Assembly (NCBI GenBank): GCA_001275005.1
Contig: JWZX01003011.1
Coordinates: 1-49,384 of the forward strand
DNA: 49,384 nucleotides
Direction: 5' to 3'
Source: Chrysochromulina tobinii
Lineage: Eukaryota
Part shown: positions 18,301-27,008 of the stretch, in pieces
How positions within the stretch are numbered: position 1 is the stretch's first letter
Layout: each line of letters opens with the position of its first letter
Translations under genes and position numbers: made by a program
The notes under the pieces: generated by a model
The model's input: only the letters and a program-made list of their open reading frames with translations
Told to the model about the DNA's origin: nothing
Database searches by the model: none

Positions 18301-19142
18301 GTGCGACGGGCATGCTCTCGGCCTTGCTGCTGGTGAATTGCTCGTTGGCCCCGCGACGACGCGACGACGCAAAGTCCTTGCCCATGGCCGCCACCCTCCT
18401 TCTCCTCAAGGCACTCCTCGTTCTCCTCCTCCTCGTCGTCCTCCGCGTCCTCGTCCTCGTCCTCGTCCCCCTCCTGCCCCTCCCCCTCGTCATCGTCGTA
18501 CTCCACCTTTCGTTTCCCCCTTTGGCTCCCACCCGCGCTGTTGGAGGTGATCTCGCCAGGGCGCTCGACGTGGAGCATGCTCGAGAGTGAGCCACTGTTG
18601 CCTTCCGACGGCGTTCGCGCCACCATGAAGCCCGGGCAGACGTGCCCCCTCCGAAACATGCCGCACGTGCTGCATCGCTGTTTCGGAAGGGGCTGGAGGG
18701 GCTCGACCTTGCGACGTAGCGCGCTGGGCTTGGGCTCAAGGTGCTCGCGCTCGATCGAGCCGATCATTCTCTCGACCGCCGAGCGCACCCCCATGGGGAC
18801 CTCATGCTCGCGCTCGATCGTACGGATGATTCGATCGAGTGCGAGTCGCACATTCTTCGGGTGGAGGATCTTCACCGACATTCCCTCGGCTCGGTGGGGC
18901 TTCGAGGACAGCTGGTGGCCAATGGTTGCTCCCGATTCAAGTCCGTACCACTCGGGAGAACGTTTGGGGCGCTGTGGACGTACCACGGGTTGAATCATCT
19001 CCTTTGGACGGCGTGGTGCAGGGACACGGCCCTTGGAACTTGCGGCAGAGGTGAGCCCTCCACCATCGAGACCGAGAGCGGCCAGCACCTCCTTGTTTCT
19101 GGCGATGTTCTCGGCGCGTTGCCGCTCGTAAGCGGATAACAT
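15327..19142 (-). CDS. Multidomain chromatin/DNA-binding protein (PHD finger, 2 AP2-like, 2 MBD-like, ELM2-like, Tudor/Agenet-like)
   Basis: PHD: CQVC..LLLCDSCPKVLHLQCLTPP..VPVGDWFCPSC. AP2-like: NETGFRGVRKHGGKYQAKI..LLGTFATPEEAALCYAR and SSGYFGVY..WQAQ..LGLFETAWLAG. MBD-like GW...Y(V)SP.G (x2). Agenet-like VEAYHEGGWW. N-terminal LSAYERQRAENIARNKEVLAALGL. ATG at 19142. Confidence 0.85.
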   Translation of the reverse strand: MLSAYERQRAENIARNKEVLAALGLDGGGLTSAASSKGRVPAPRRPKEMIQPVVRPQRPKRSPEWYGLESGATIGHQLSSKPHRAEGMSVKILHPKNVRLALDRIIRTIEREHEVPMGVRSAVERMIGSIEREHLEPKPSALRRKVEPLQPLPKQRCSTCGMFRRGHVCPGFMVARTPSEGNSGSLSSMLHVERPGEITSNSAGGSQRGKRKVEYDDDEGEGQEGDEDEDEDAEDDEEEENEECLEEKEGGGHGQGLCVVASSRGQRAIHQQQGREHARRTLASVGMPCTPVAEEETLEPIASMRTSSGYFGVYPDARRRCWQAQVNHVSLGLFETAWLAGCAVTRALRSAASQPDWCGGGDDDDEDEEEDDDDDDAMELVEVVTRTTAKQPMAQAAKRPKAQTSRSIQRKRTTQWTSQWTWLPTTSTTSRCLSVAPRPPEGLSPDDTREASTAKRQRLDPDATIDATAIDAALWAGAAAEGWSIESKIGGGAGHCWVYVSPSGQRYSTLYYVKCKFGPKAPAAAASKSPADARPPTATEEEGERGESCQVCDVSSWVEGNELLLCDSCPKVLHLQCLTPPIYTVPVGDWFCPSCAAATSPTDAASAAGSMASASASAAASAAATASAAAASAAGSAAGPDAFAAALASTPDASVEEASSFSAAASAAAAAAASAASAAASAASGSPKPVVRRRWPVAVGPRALPTRLAKVRHGFEGFQARIGKKFQAHVIPLAQWSPPEDAAAPWVEHGRHEPLLVQAERIAEEVKKNRQRGRTSSNSIERLSQEQYEYIDDRYLTMGNARALLPTAASLAGSDAKEREELSKLEAMRREERSAVSEPTQEPLTADAARAAAAAEGLELLPSSINETGFRGVRKHGGKYQAKIKVNGNRRLLGTFATPEEAALCYARHVGAERAAAEPGEEDGDEGEEAAASKARNLVSMAHHKAEIDKLEQQQLPQGMSPVRDSSAPPNGWQWPLEGDTVEVEVAASEDAPAVWVPAEVIAVLVDGTFQARIVLPDGSDQWEDWFSWQEEGSDWRRQVRTEPCEEGAGVQRASLSADEIDTRLWVGASATGWTVYRRSGDGHYRYVSPEGTVHTSRSAVGETVKKSRPRCSTETKATAPVCVEVQMQDEGLVGSKYAATLLRWRGAAWRSEAFVEYEEFEAADDSLDDMDDGATPEAKGTLSPRKLREWVPASAIASPPSPPVAGWLRRLHVGNEVEAYHEGGWWSVRIISRRAASVRLGEEPQFVVEAVGYGIQRTVSAANLRPCAVH

Positions 19143-19316
19143 CCACACGCTGCACGAAAGTCAGTCTTGTTGACGCGAGTCAATGTCACTCACGTCGAGA
19201 GTTTCGTCACGTTCCGGTTTCACTGCCAATGTTTATAATGCGACACCCAAGACACCGGACCGGCGTAGCGAGGGGAGACTTCAGTGCACAAATTGTATCC
19301 CGTGTGTCCGGTTCAA

Positions 19317-19427
19317 TAACACCGGGGGGAGCCGGGACACGGTTATCGTACCGGGTATGACTTAACACCGGGGCGAGCCGGGACACGGTTCACGTATGAC
19401 TTGACTCGACTTGACTTGACTTGACTT
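19317..19427. repeat. 28-bp direct repeat x2 (46-bp period) plus (GACTT)n microsatellite in a divergent intergenic region
   Basis: taacaccgggg(g/c)gagccgggacacggtt at 19317 and 19363, followed by gacttgactcgacttgacttgacttgactt at 19398-19427. Confidence 0.85.
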
Positions 19428-19481
19428 TCTGCATCTGAGGTGAGCTGAGGAGTTGAGAACTTCGATTGGAATTTGAGTCGC

Positions 19482-20883
19482 ATGCTGGTCGGGTCGGCCG
19501 GCCTCCCCCCAGGACGCGTGCTGCAGGCCAGCAGCACCGTGTCATCGAATGCCCCGGACCCAGGTTCAACGAACATGACGAGCGCATTCTTGGGCGGTGC
19601 AGGAGGATTGATGGCCATCACCTTTTTCATCATCATGCGATCGCGACGGGCAGCTCAGGTTGCACAGGCTCGTGCTCTTGCGCTTCAATCGGTGAGTCCA
19701 TCCGTGGACATCGAAGCGAGCTGCGCCACCGCTGCGACTAAATCATCCTCGGCCATCTGCACGGTGCCGGATCGCCGGATGGATACGGTGACGACACACT
19801 CGGACGCATCACTGAGGCCCGAGACACCTGCGCAGCCTGGTAAATCAGACTTTGCGCCTCGAAAACCAGACTTTGCGCCGCCGCCACCCACGTCGATGCG
19901 CGCGCCGCCACCACCCATCCCCATGCGGGCGCCGCCGCCACCTACGCCGATGCGTGAGCTCACACCGCGGCGACGGCCACCGCCGACAGCACCAGCCATC
20001 ACAGCGGCTGATGAGGCAGCCGAGGAGGCTCGACGGCAGCCACGCAAGAGGCATCGGCATCGGCGCCCGCGTGATGGAGCGAATTCCGCCGAAGGGGCTG
20101 CACCCAACGCACCGCCGCCTCAGCAGCAGCTGCCGCCTCAGCAGCAGTCGCCACAGCCGCGCCGAGCCTCGTCGCGCAACCTGAAGCGGCACGCGTCGTC
20201 CTTCTTGGATGAGGAGTTTGAGCGAAACGACGCGTTGGCGCATGCGGAGATGCCCGCGCAGATGCGCGAGCAGATCGATGCGCTGCGCAGAGAGCGCCGC
20301 CACGGGCACCGAGAGTCGCGCGAGATGCATCGCTCGCGCGAGCTCTCACGCGAGGTGACGCAACTCTTCCCGGGCGAGGACGGGCGCCGCTCGTCGCGTG
20401 AGCGCCATGGTGAGCGCCGACGTTCTCGCGAGACCGCCGGCAGCGCCGCCGAGGGCAGCTCGGTCGCACCCAACGCCGATGTAGGCGCACCACCGCCGCC
20501 GAGCAGTGCCGCTTGTGTGCGGCCGGCTGCCTCGCCGTTCCGCTCGGTGTGCGCGGCGCTGTCGAGTCGATGGGCTGGGAGCGCCGTGATGGGCGCCTGT
20601 GCGACCTCCGCGACGACGCCGCGGCCGCCCGCGATGACGCCGCAGCTCAAGCCTGCGTCGCCGCCACGTCGCACGCCGCGCCCGCCGAACTCGGCCGAGC
20701 AGGACGAGATGGCGGTCTTCATCGAGGCTGAGGTGACGAGGCAGAAGCAACACGCGGCCGTCTCACGTGATCTCGCGAGCGGCAGCTTCAAATGCGACTT
20801 CTCGGCCCCCGCTAAACTCCGCGTGCCTCCACGCGCGGCAGTCGGCGGCGGCGGCGGCGGCGGCGGCGGCGACAGCGGCGGCG

Positions 20884-20916
<33 letters not shown>

Positions 20917-21509
20917 TGCGACAAAACGGAGGAGGTGCAGGGTGTGCCAATGTAACTACCGAGCGCCAGATGTACGCAAGTGCGGCGGCGAGGGCTGCCG
21001 CCGAGCACCTGCCTGCCGAACGCCCGCCACGTCAGAGGCGCGAGGGCGGTGGCACCAAGCAAAAGAGGCGACCCGCGAAGGCGACCGAGGCGACCCGTGC
21101 TGCGGCCGAAGCGGCGCCGGAGGTCACACCCCGGAAGACCGGTGTAGAGGCACTACACGAGCGGCGTCGGGTGGAGGAGGCGACGTTCAAGCAGCGCGAG
21201 TCGAAGAAGCACCAGGCGGATAAGCTCCTGCACGAGTGGCTCGGGCGCACTCGCGGCGACGTCTACGAGATGATGGGCTCCGTGAAGCTCTTCACAGACC
21301 TCTTCGACAGCGACCCGCTCGCAGGCATCCTGCCGCAGCGCGGGCATGCGGCGCAGCTCAAGAAGGCGTGGCACAAGCTCGCCGCCAAGCTGCACCCCGA
21401 CCGTCAGCAACAGAACTCGGTGGCCACGCAGGTCCTCGCCGAGGAGGTCTTCAAGGCGCTAACCATCGCCTACGCCAAGGAGAATGAGCGGCTGGGCGTG
21501 CGGGCGTGA
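19482..21509 (+). CDS. J-domain (DnaJ/auxilin-like C-terminal) protein with N-terminal TM segment
   Basis: C-terminal 'LKKAWHKLAAKLHPDRQQQ...LAEEVFKALTIAY' with the HPD motif. N-terminal hydrophobic 'FLGGAGGLMAITFFIIM'. The middle is long and disordered. Confidence 0.8.
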
Positions 21510-21747
21510 GCGGGCCGGTCAGCGCCGCTTACTTAGCCACACGACCCGAGACCCGATCCCGAACGAGCGTCTGCCAAGTAGTTTTAACTAGCGACTAGGA
21601 AAGTTGAATTGATTTTTAGATATATTCAATGTTAATGTCGGGTTGCTCATCTCGTTCATGAGTTCGTGATTCTAGATCGCGTCGCAGAGCTCGCTTTTCG
21701 AGAAATCGAATCTCAAACTTCGAGGTTGATTTTCGAAAGCGTGGGAA

Positions 21748-23109
21748 ATGCTTGGGACCTTCCTCCACCTTGTCTCGGCAGCAGCTTTGACGCCGACGCT
21801 GCACTTTGCGCATCGTTCTGTCTCAGCACCTCGATGCCCTCCTGCCGTGGTGAGTATGAGTGGCGAGCACGAGCCCGCGAAGCCTCTCGTGCATGAGCCA
21901 TCGCAGCACGAGCTGACAGTTTTGGATGCGTCGGCCATCGTTGCGGGCTCAGTTGTGGGCGGCGGCTTCTTGGCGGTGCCACTATTCACCGCCCCGATAG
22001 GCGTGCTTCCGTCCGCGACAGTATTTGCTGTCACGTGGGGGCTTCTCGTCCTGTGCGGCCTCGCTTACACCGAGGCCGCCGCCGCAGTTCTGGCCAATGA
22101 TGAGACGGGTGAGACGGGTGAGCGCGCATCAGTCCTGAGCGTCTCGCGTCGCTACCTGGGCACCCCGCTCGCCACGGTGCTGGCCGTTGTCTTCTTTATG
22201 CAGATGCTCATAATTGCGACCGCCAACCTCGTCAAAGCCGCCGAGCTCATCAGCGTTGTGTTTCCTGCGCTGCCGCATGGCCGGAGCATCGTACTGCTGG
22301 CAACTATCTTTGGTGTCTTCAATCTGGTCGCGACCTCACGCGTGATGGCGTCGGTGAACACCGCACTCACTGGCACCATGTGCGCCGGTTTCCTCGCGTT
22401 CTTCGTGGCCGTGGCCACCAAGAGTGCGCCGCCGGCGTCGGCGGTCCTAGCCAACCCGCAATGGAGACTGCTGCTGCCGCAGGCCGGCTGGGCTGTGCCG
22501 TTGTTCGTGAACACGCTGCGCTTCGGCGAGGCTGTGCCTGTAGTAGTCGGGCAGTTTGGGCTGCGGCGGTTGAGCAAGGCGCGCCTCGCCGTCGTCGTCG
22601 GCTCACTGGTGCCGATGCTACTCGCGGTCGGGTTGAGCGTTGCGGGCAGAGCCCTTAGCCTCGCAGGAATGAACAAGGCCATCGATCCGCTCATAGATTT
22701 CCTGCAGACGCCCGGGCTGGGCGCGCCAATCGTGCTCGTCAGCGCCGGCGCGATCGGCAGCACGCTGCTCGGAGTGCTCCTCGCGACCTCGCAGCTGCTC
22801 AGGGACTCATTTCGGCTCAGCAGCCCTCGCGTGCTCCTGGGCGCGCGTGCCGTCGTGCCGATCGTGATCGCAAGTCTTGCATGCCGCAGCACCGGGCTGT
22901 ACCTCCGGCTACTCGCCTTTGCCGGCGCCTTCCCGTCGATCGTGCTCTACGCTCTGCTCCCGCCAATCCTCGCGCTCGCGGCACGCCGCCAGACGGGCGG
23001 GTTGGCGAGCGGCTTCGAGGCGGTGCCCGGTGGCCGGCGGACGCTGCGGCTGCTCGTGCTGCTCGCGTGCGGCCTGCTTGGTGTGAACGCGTGGCTCTGG
23101 CTGGTCTGA
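21748..23109 (+). CDS. Tryptophan/tyrosine permease family (HAAAP) amino-acid transporter, probably organelle-targeted
   Basis: 'ASAIVAGSVVGGGFLAVP' TM1 signature and ~11 TMs. The N-terminus looks like a signal peptide plus transit peptide. Confidence 0.85.
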   Translation: MLGTFLHLVSAAALTPTLHFAHRSVSAPRCPPAVVSMSGEHEPAKPLVHEPSQHELTVLDASAIVAGSVVGGGFLAVPLFTAPIGVLPSATVFAVTWGLLVLCGLAYTEAAAAVLANDETGETGERASVLSVSRRYLGTPLATVLAVVFFMQMLIIATANLVKAAELISVVFPALPHGRSIVLLATIFGVFNLVATSRVMASVNTALTGTMCAGFLAFFVAVATKSAPPASAVLANPQWRLLLPQAGWAVPLFVNTLRFGEAVPVVVGQFGLRRLSKARLAVVVGSLVPMLLAVGLSVAGRALSLAGMNKAIDPLIDFLQTPGLGAPIVLVSAGAIGSTLLGVLLATSQLLRDSFRLSSPRVLLGARAVVPIVIASLACRSTGLYLRLLAFAGAFPSIVLYALLPPILALAARRQTGGLASGFEAVPGGRRTLRLLVLLACGLLGVNAWLWLV

Positions 23110-23506
23110 ACCGGTTGGGCGGACAACAGCCGTAGTGGCTGCATCTCTCTCATGGGCCTCAGTTTGGGTGCGCTGCATGTGTGCAGAGCCGCCGCCGCGC
23201 CGCCGCCTCCACGTCTTCTGAGCGCTGTGAGTGGAGATCGGAGAGCGCTGAGAGAACGGAGATCGGAGTCGAGTGGAGAGTGCAGCCGAACCCAGTAAAG
23301 GCATTCTTTTTCATCGCCAGCTCCAATCGAGGACGCTATACCTCGGTAGACCTTACTGACTATACTGTACGGTGTACGCTGTACCAGAAACATACTGTCT
23401 CTGCCATGAGATGACGTTTGCTTATGCTTTTGCGAACGAACTGACTCTCACCTCTGGAGGCGTGGAGGGTAGCTGTGTCACATTCCATCAGTAACATTTA
23501 ACCGCC

Positions 23507-24956
23507 TCACCTGCTTCGCAAGCCAGCTTCAATGAGCAGATCAAGCACATCATCAGGAAACTTCATCCTGTGCTTGTTCAGCCACAGCAGCTGCAAGACA
23601 AATCGCTGGGTGGTGACGTTGAACATCAAATGATCTTTGCGAGACCAATTGACCATATCCCAGACTTTGACCGTGTTGTCGTCCGATCCAGACACAATCT
23701 TGGTCCCGCCTGGGGAAAACGCGACCGAATTGATGTCCCTGCTGTGGGCGTTCGTCTTCTTGCTCATCAGCTCCAGTTTGGCTGCCATGCAAGGCAGCAG
23801 GTGTCAGTTTTGGCCAAGGAGGGGCATTTCGAGGGCTCGCGGTGCACCCGAATCCCAGACTTTGATCGTCTTGTCCTCCGATCCGGACACGATCTTGGTC
23901 CCGTCCGGGGAAAACGCGACCGAGAAGATCCTGCCGCTGTGGGCGTTCGTCTTCTCGCTCAACTGCACCATCGTGCCTGCCAGACAAGCCAGCAAGCGTC
24001 AGTTTTGACCAAGGAGAAGTGATTTGAGGGCAAAAGCACACCCGAATCCCAGACTTTGATCGTCGTGTCGTCCGATCCGGACACAATCTTGGTCCCGTCC
24101 GGGGAAAACGCCACCGACCTGATCCAGTTGCTGTGTGCGTTTGTCTTCTCGCTCAGCATCTCCAGCTTGCCTGCCAGACAAGCCAGCAAGCGTCAGTTTT
24201 GGCCAAGGAGGCGCGATTTGAGGGCTTGCGGCGCACCTGAATCCCAGACTTTGATCGTCCGGTCGTCCGATCCGGACACAATCTTGGTCCCGTCCGGGGA
24301 AAACGCCACCGAGTTGATGCAGTCGCTGTGGGCGTTCGTCTTCTCGCTCAGCAGCTCCAGTTTGGCTGCCAGGCAAGCCAGCAGGCGTCAGTTTTGGCCA
24401 AGGAGGGGCAATTTTGAGCTCGCGGCGCACCAAAATCCCAGACTTTGATCGTCTTGTCGGCCGATCCTGACACAATCTTCGTCCCGTCTGGGGAAAACGC
24501 CACCGACATGACGAAATGGCTGTGGGCATTCGTCTTCTCGCTTAGCATCTCCAGTTTGTCTGCCAGACAAGCCAGCAGGCGTTAGTTTTGGCCATGGAGG
24601 GGCGATTTTGAGCTCGCGGCACACCTGAATCCCAGACTTTGATCGTCTTGTCGTAAGATCCCGACACGACCTTGGTCCCGTCCGGGGAAAACGCCACCGA
24701 CTGGATCCAGTCGCTGTGGGCGTTTGTCTTCTCGCTCAACAGCTCCAGTTTGTCTGCCAGGCAAGCCAAATGGCGTCAGTCTTCGCCAAGGAGGGGCGAT
24801 TCGAGGCTCCGGCGCACCAAAATCCCAGACTTTGATCGTCCCGTCGTCCGACCCCGACACAATCTTCGTCCCATCCGGGGAAAACGCCACCGACCTGACG
24901 ACGTAGCTGTGGGCGTTGGCCTTCTCCGCTACACAGTTGATGAGCGTCGCGATCAT
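23507..24956 (-). CDS. 7-blade WD40-repeat protein (352 aa when spliced), one repeat per exon, with C-terminal F-box/SOCS-like tail
   Basis: Exons (minus strand): 24956-24818, 24753-24625, 24559-24431, 24365-24237, 24170-24042, 23976-23848, 23781-23507. The five internal exons are exactly 129 nt (43 aa). Splicing the six GT-AG introns gives an uninterrupted frame of 7 x 'AHSxx(I/V)xSVAFSP(D/G)GTK(I/V)VSGSxDxT(I/V)KVWD'. Confidence 0.9.
23660..24930 (-). repeat. Tandem array of ~194-195-bp exon+intron units
   Basis: Introns at 23782-23847, 23977-24041, 24171-24236, 24366-24430, 24560-24624 and 24754-24817 (64-66 bp) are mutually homologous: GTG(C/T)...branch ACT(G/A)AC...TGGCAG. Confidence 0.95.
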
Positions 24957-25661
24957 CCTGCGAACAAGGGAGAAGAAGAGAGGCTTTAGGCTGCATGCGT
25001 GCATTCGGCAGCATGGAGATATGGGACCACAAGCGGCTGCAAGCTCGAAGGGCGCTTGAAGAGCCTCGGCGCAGACATGCAACAGCCAACAGAGTGCCGC
25101 AAGGATGAGGGGACTCGCGTGCGGCGTGTGGCTCCGAAGCTTATCGCGAACGGAGAGAGTCGCAGGCCCTTGAGAGGCAGCCCAGCTCGGGGTCTCAGGA
25201 TTGGGCCGTCACGTGGTAGTGAAGCGCGCGGGGATGGAGAGGAGGGAGGCGGACTGGTCGGCGGCGGCGCGCGCGCGCCGCGCGACTGCGGAAAGACACG
25301 CGGGAAAAACCCACAGTCGTGAGACGCATGTGTGCTCCCTCCAGAGATGCAGGAGAGCCCGCGGGGCACAATGGAGGAAAGCACCTGAGCGAAGGCGGTG
25401 CGGTGTGCGCGTGCAGCGATCGCACTAACGCACGTTGAGCACGAAGAGCGACGGAGCGCGCAGCGCACCGAGCAAGAGAGTATACTGTACGACGCTCCCC
25501 GTGTGGCACAAAATCTCGCGATCGATGCACGCAGCGTCCCTCGCCTTGGGCTTTCGCCTTATCGCCGTTCACATGAACAGGTGGGCACGTCAGAAACTTT
25601 ATTTTAATATACATGTCCCCCCAAAAACTTCTCCGTGCGCACTAATGCGGAAATACAGCCA

Positions 25662-26729
25662 ATGCAGGTGATCACCGCGTTGACTTTCGCAATGTGCGCG
25701 CCGCCGACGGCCAAGTGCGGACCAAAGGTATCGCGGCCCATCACGGCCGCAAAGGCAGCCGCATTTGACGAGGCCGCTTCGCGCGGGTATACTCTGCCGT
25801 GTGTGCTGCTCGCGCGGCCTTTTGATGCAGGCAACGTAGGCTCAGTAGCGCGCGGGATGCTTAACTTTGGTCTGTGGAACATGCGGCTGGTCGAGCCAAT
25901 AGCCGACGAGAAGAGTGATGAGGCCATCCTCAGGGCTAGCGGCGCCGCACCAATCTTGAAGCGCGCCGAGACCTTTGGCTCTATGGCCGACGCGACAGCA
26001 GACCTGCAGCTCGTGCTTGCGACGACCGCACGCCCACGTGAAAGCCGCATCCCGGTCCACAGCCCACGCGAAGCGGTCAGCATCGCCGCTGCGGCGATCT
26101 CACGTGGCGAGCGCGTTGGCCTCCTCTTTGGCAGCGAGAAGAACGGGTTGAGCAACGACGAGCTCACCTATGCCCACGGAATCGTCACCATCCCCACCTT
26201 CCCGGGCTTTTCGAGCCTCAATCTCGCCCAGGCCGTGCTGCTCATCTGCTACGAGTGGAGCACACGCGAAGGAGGCATTGCCAACGACGCCAACACGGAC
26301 GATGCCGCTGCTGCTCGAGCTGCGCAGGCATACGCCATGCAGCAGCCGACGCAATTGGACGTGGCGCGCGCGGCGGCGCAGGCGGCTGAAGCCGAGCAGA
26401 GCAACGTGGCGGCGCCGCTCAAGCAGATCGACTCGCTCTTTGAATGGTGGGAGGCCACACTGTGGCGAGTCGGCTTCTTCGGCGCCGGCCGTGGCGTCCA
26501 TTCCGCGTACGGTGAATCCGAGGGGCTGCAGCAGGAGAAGTCGCGGGCGGCGGCGGCGATGGCGAAGCTCCGTCGCGCGATCATGCGCGCCCAGCCGAGC
26601 GTGAGCGAGGCGGCACTGCTGCGTGGCGCGTTGCAGACGATGGCGAGCCCAAAGGAGTGCAGCCGTAGTGATGGCGACGAGGAGGGAGCTCGCAGTGACG
26701 ACACAGAGTGCGAGAAAGGTGAGAGCTGA
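25662..26729 (+). CDS. trmJ: TrmJ/LasT-family SPOUT tRNA (C32/U32) 2'-O-methyltransferase, probably organelle-targeted
   Basis: Motifs 'VLLARPFDAGNVGSVARGMLNFG', 'LATTAR', 'LLFGSEKNGLSNDEL', 'IPTFPGFSSLNLAQAVLLICYE'. N-terminal extension. Confidence 0.85.
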   Translation: MQVITALTFAMCAPPTAKCGPKVSRPITAAKAAAFDEAASRGYTLPCVLLARPFDAGNVGSVARGMLNFGLWNMRLVEPIADEKSDEAILRASGAAPILKRAETFGSMADATADLQLVLATTARPRESRIPVHSPREAVSIAAAAISRGERVGLLFGSEKNGLSNDELTYAHGIVTIPTFPGFSSLNLAQAVLLICYEWSTREGGIANDANTDDAAAARAAQAYAMQQPTQLDVARAAAQAAEAEQSNVAAPLKQIDSLFEWWEATLWRVGFFGAGRGVHSAYGESEGLQQEKSRAAAAMAKLRRAIMRAQPSVSEAALLRGALQTMASPKECSRSDGDEEGARSDDTECEKGES

Positions 26730-27008
26730 CGTGCATGGAGTTAATGGAGCTCCGACACGCGGACGATGTGCGGTGACAGCTTTGAGTGGTCGGATAGACC
26801 CGAGCGGAAAAGTTGACGCTAACCGGGGCGGGGGGCGTCAGCGTGGACCTGAACTCTCTCCAGAAAACCAGTCAACGTATGGGGCGGTCGGGCGCGCTCT
26901 CCCTCGACAACTAGCGACACCGATCGCGCTACTCGCGGTCCTTACGCTTACCGCACACCCGACACCCGGCTCGCGCCTGCGCCTCCGGCTCTTGGCTCCG
27001 CTCTCGGC

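Noticed and set aside
23660..24930. WD40 array as a CRISPR array or as independent introner insertions
   Set aside because: The 'spacers' are homologous coding exons rather than unique sequences, and there are no cas genes. The introns sit at the identical position in every repeat, which is explained by cassette duplication.
23507..25620. Diversity-generating retroelement acting on the WD40 gene
   Set aside because: There is no reverse transcriptase and no template/variable repeat pair in the window, and the variation is not obviously adenine-specific.
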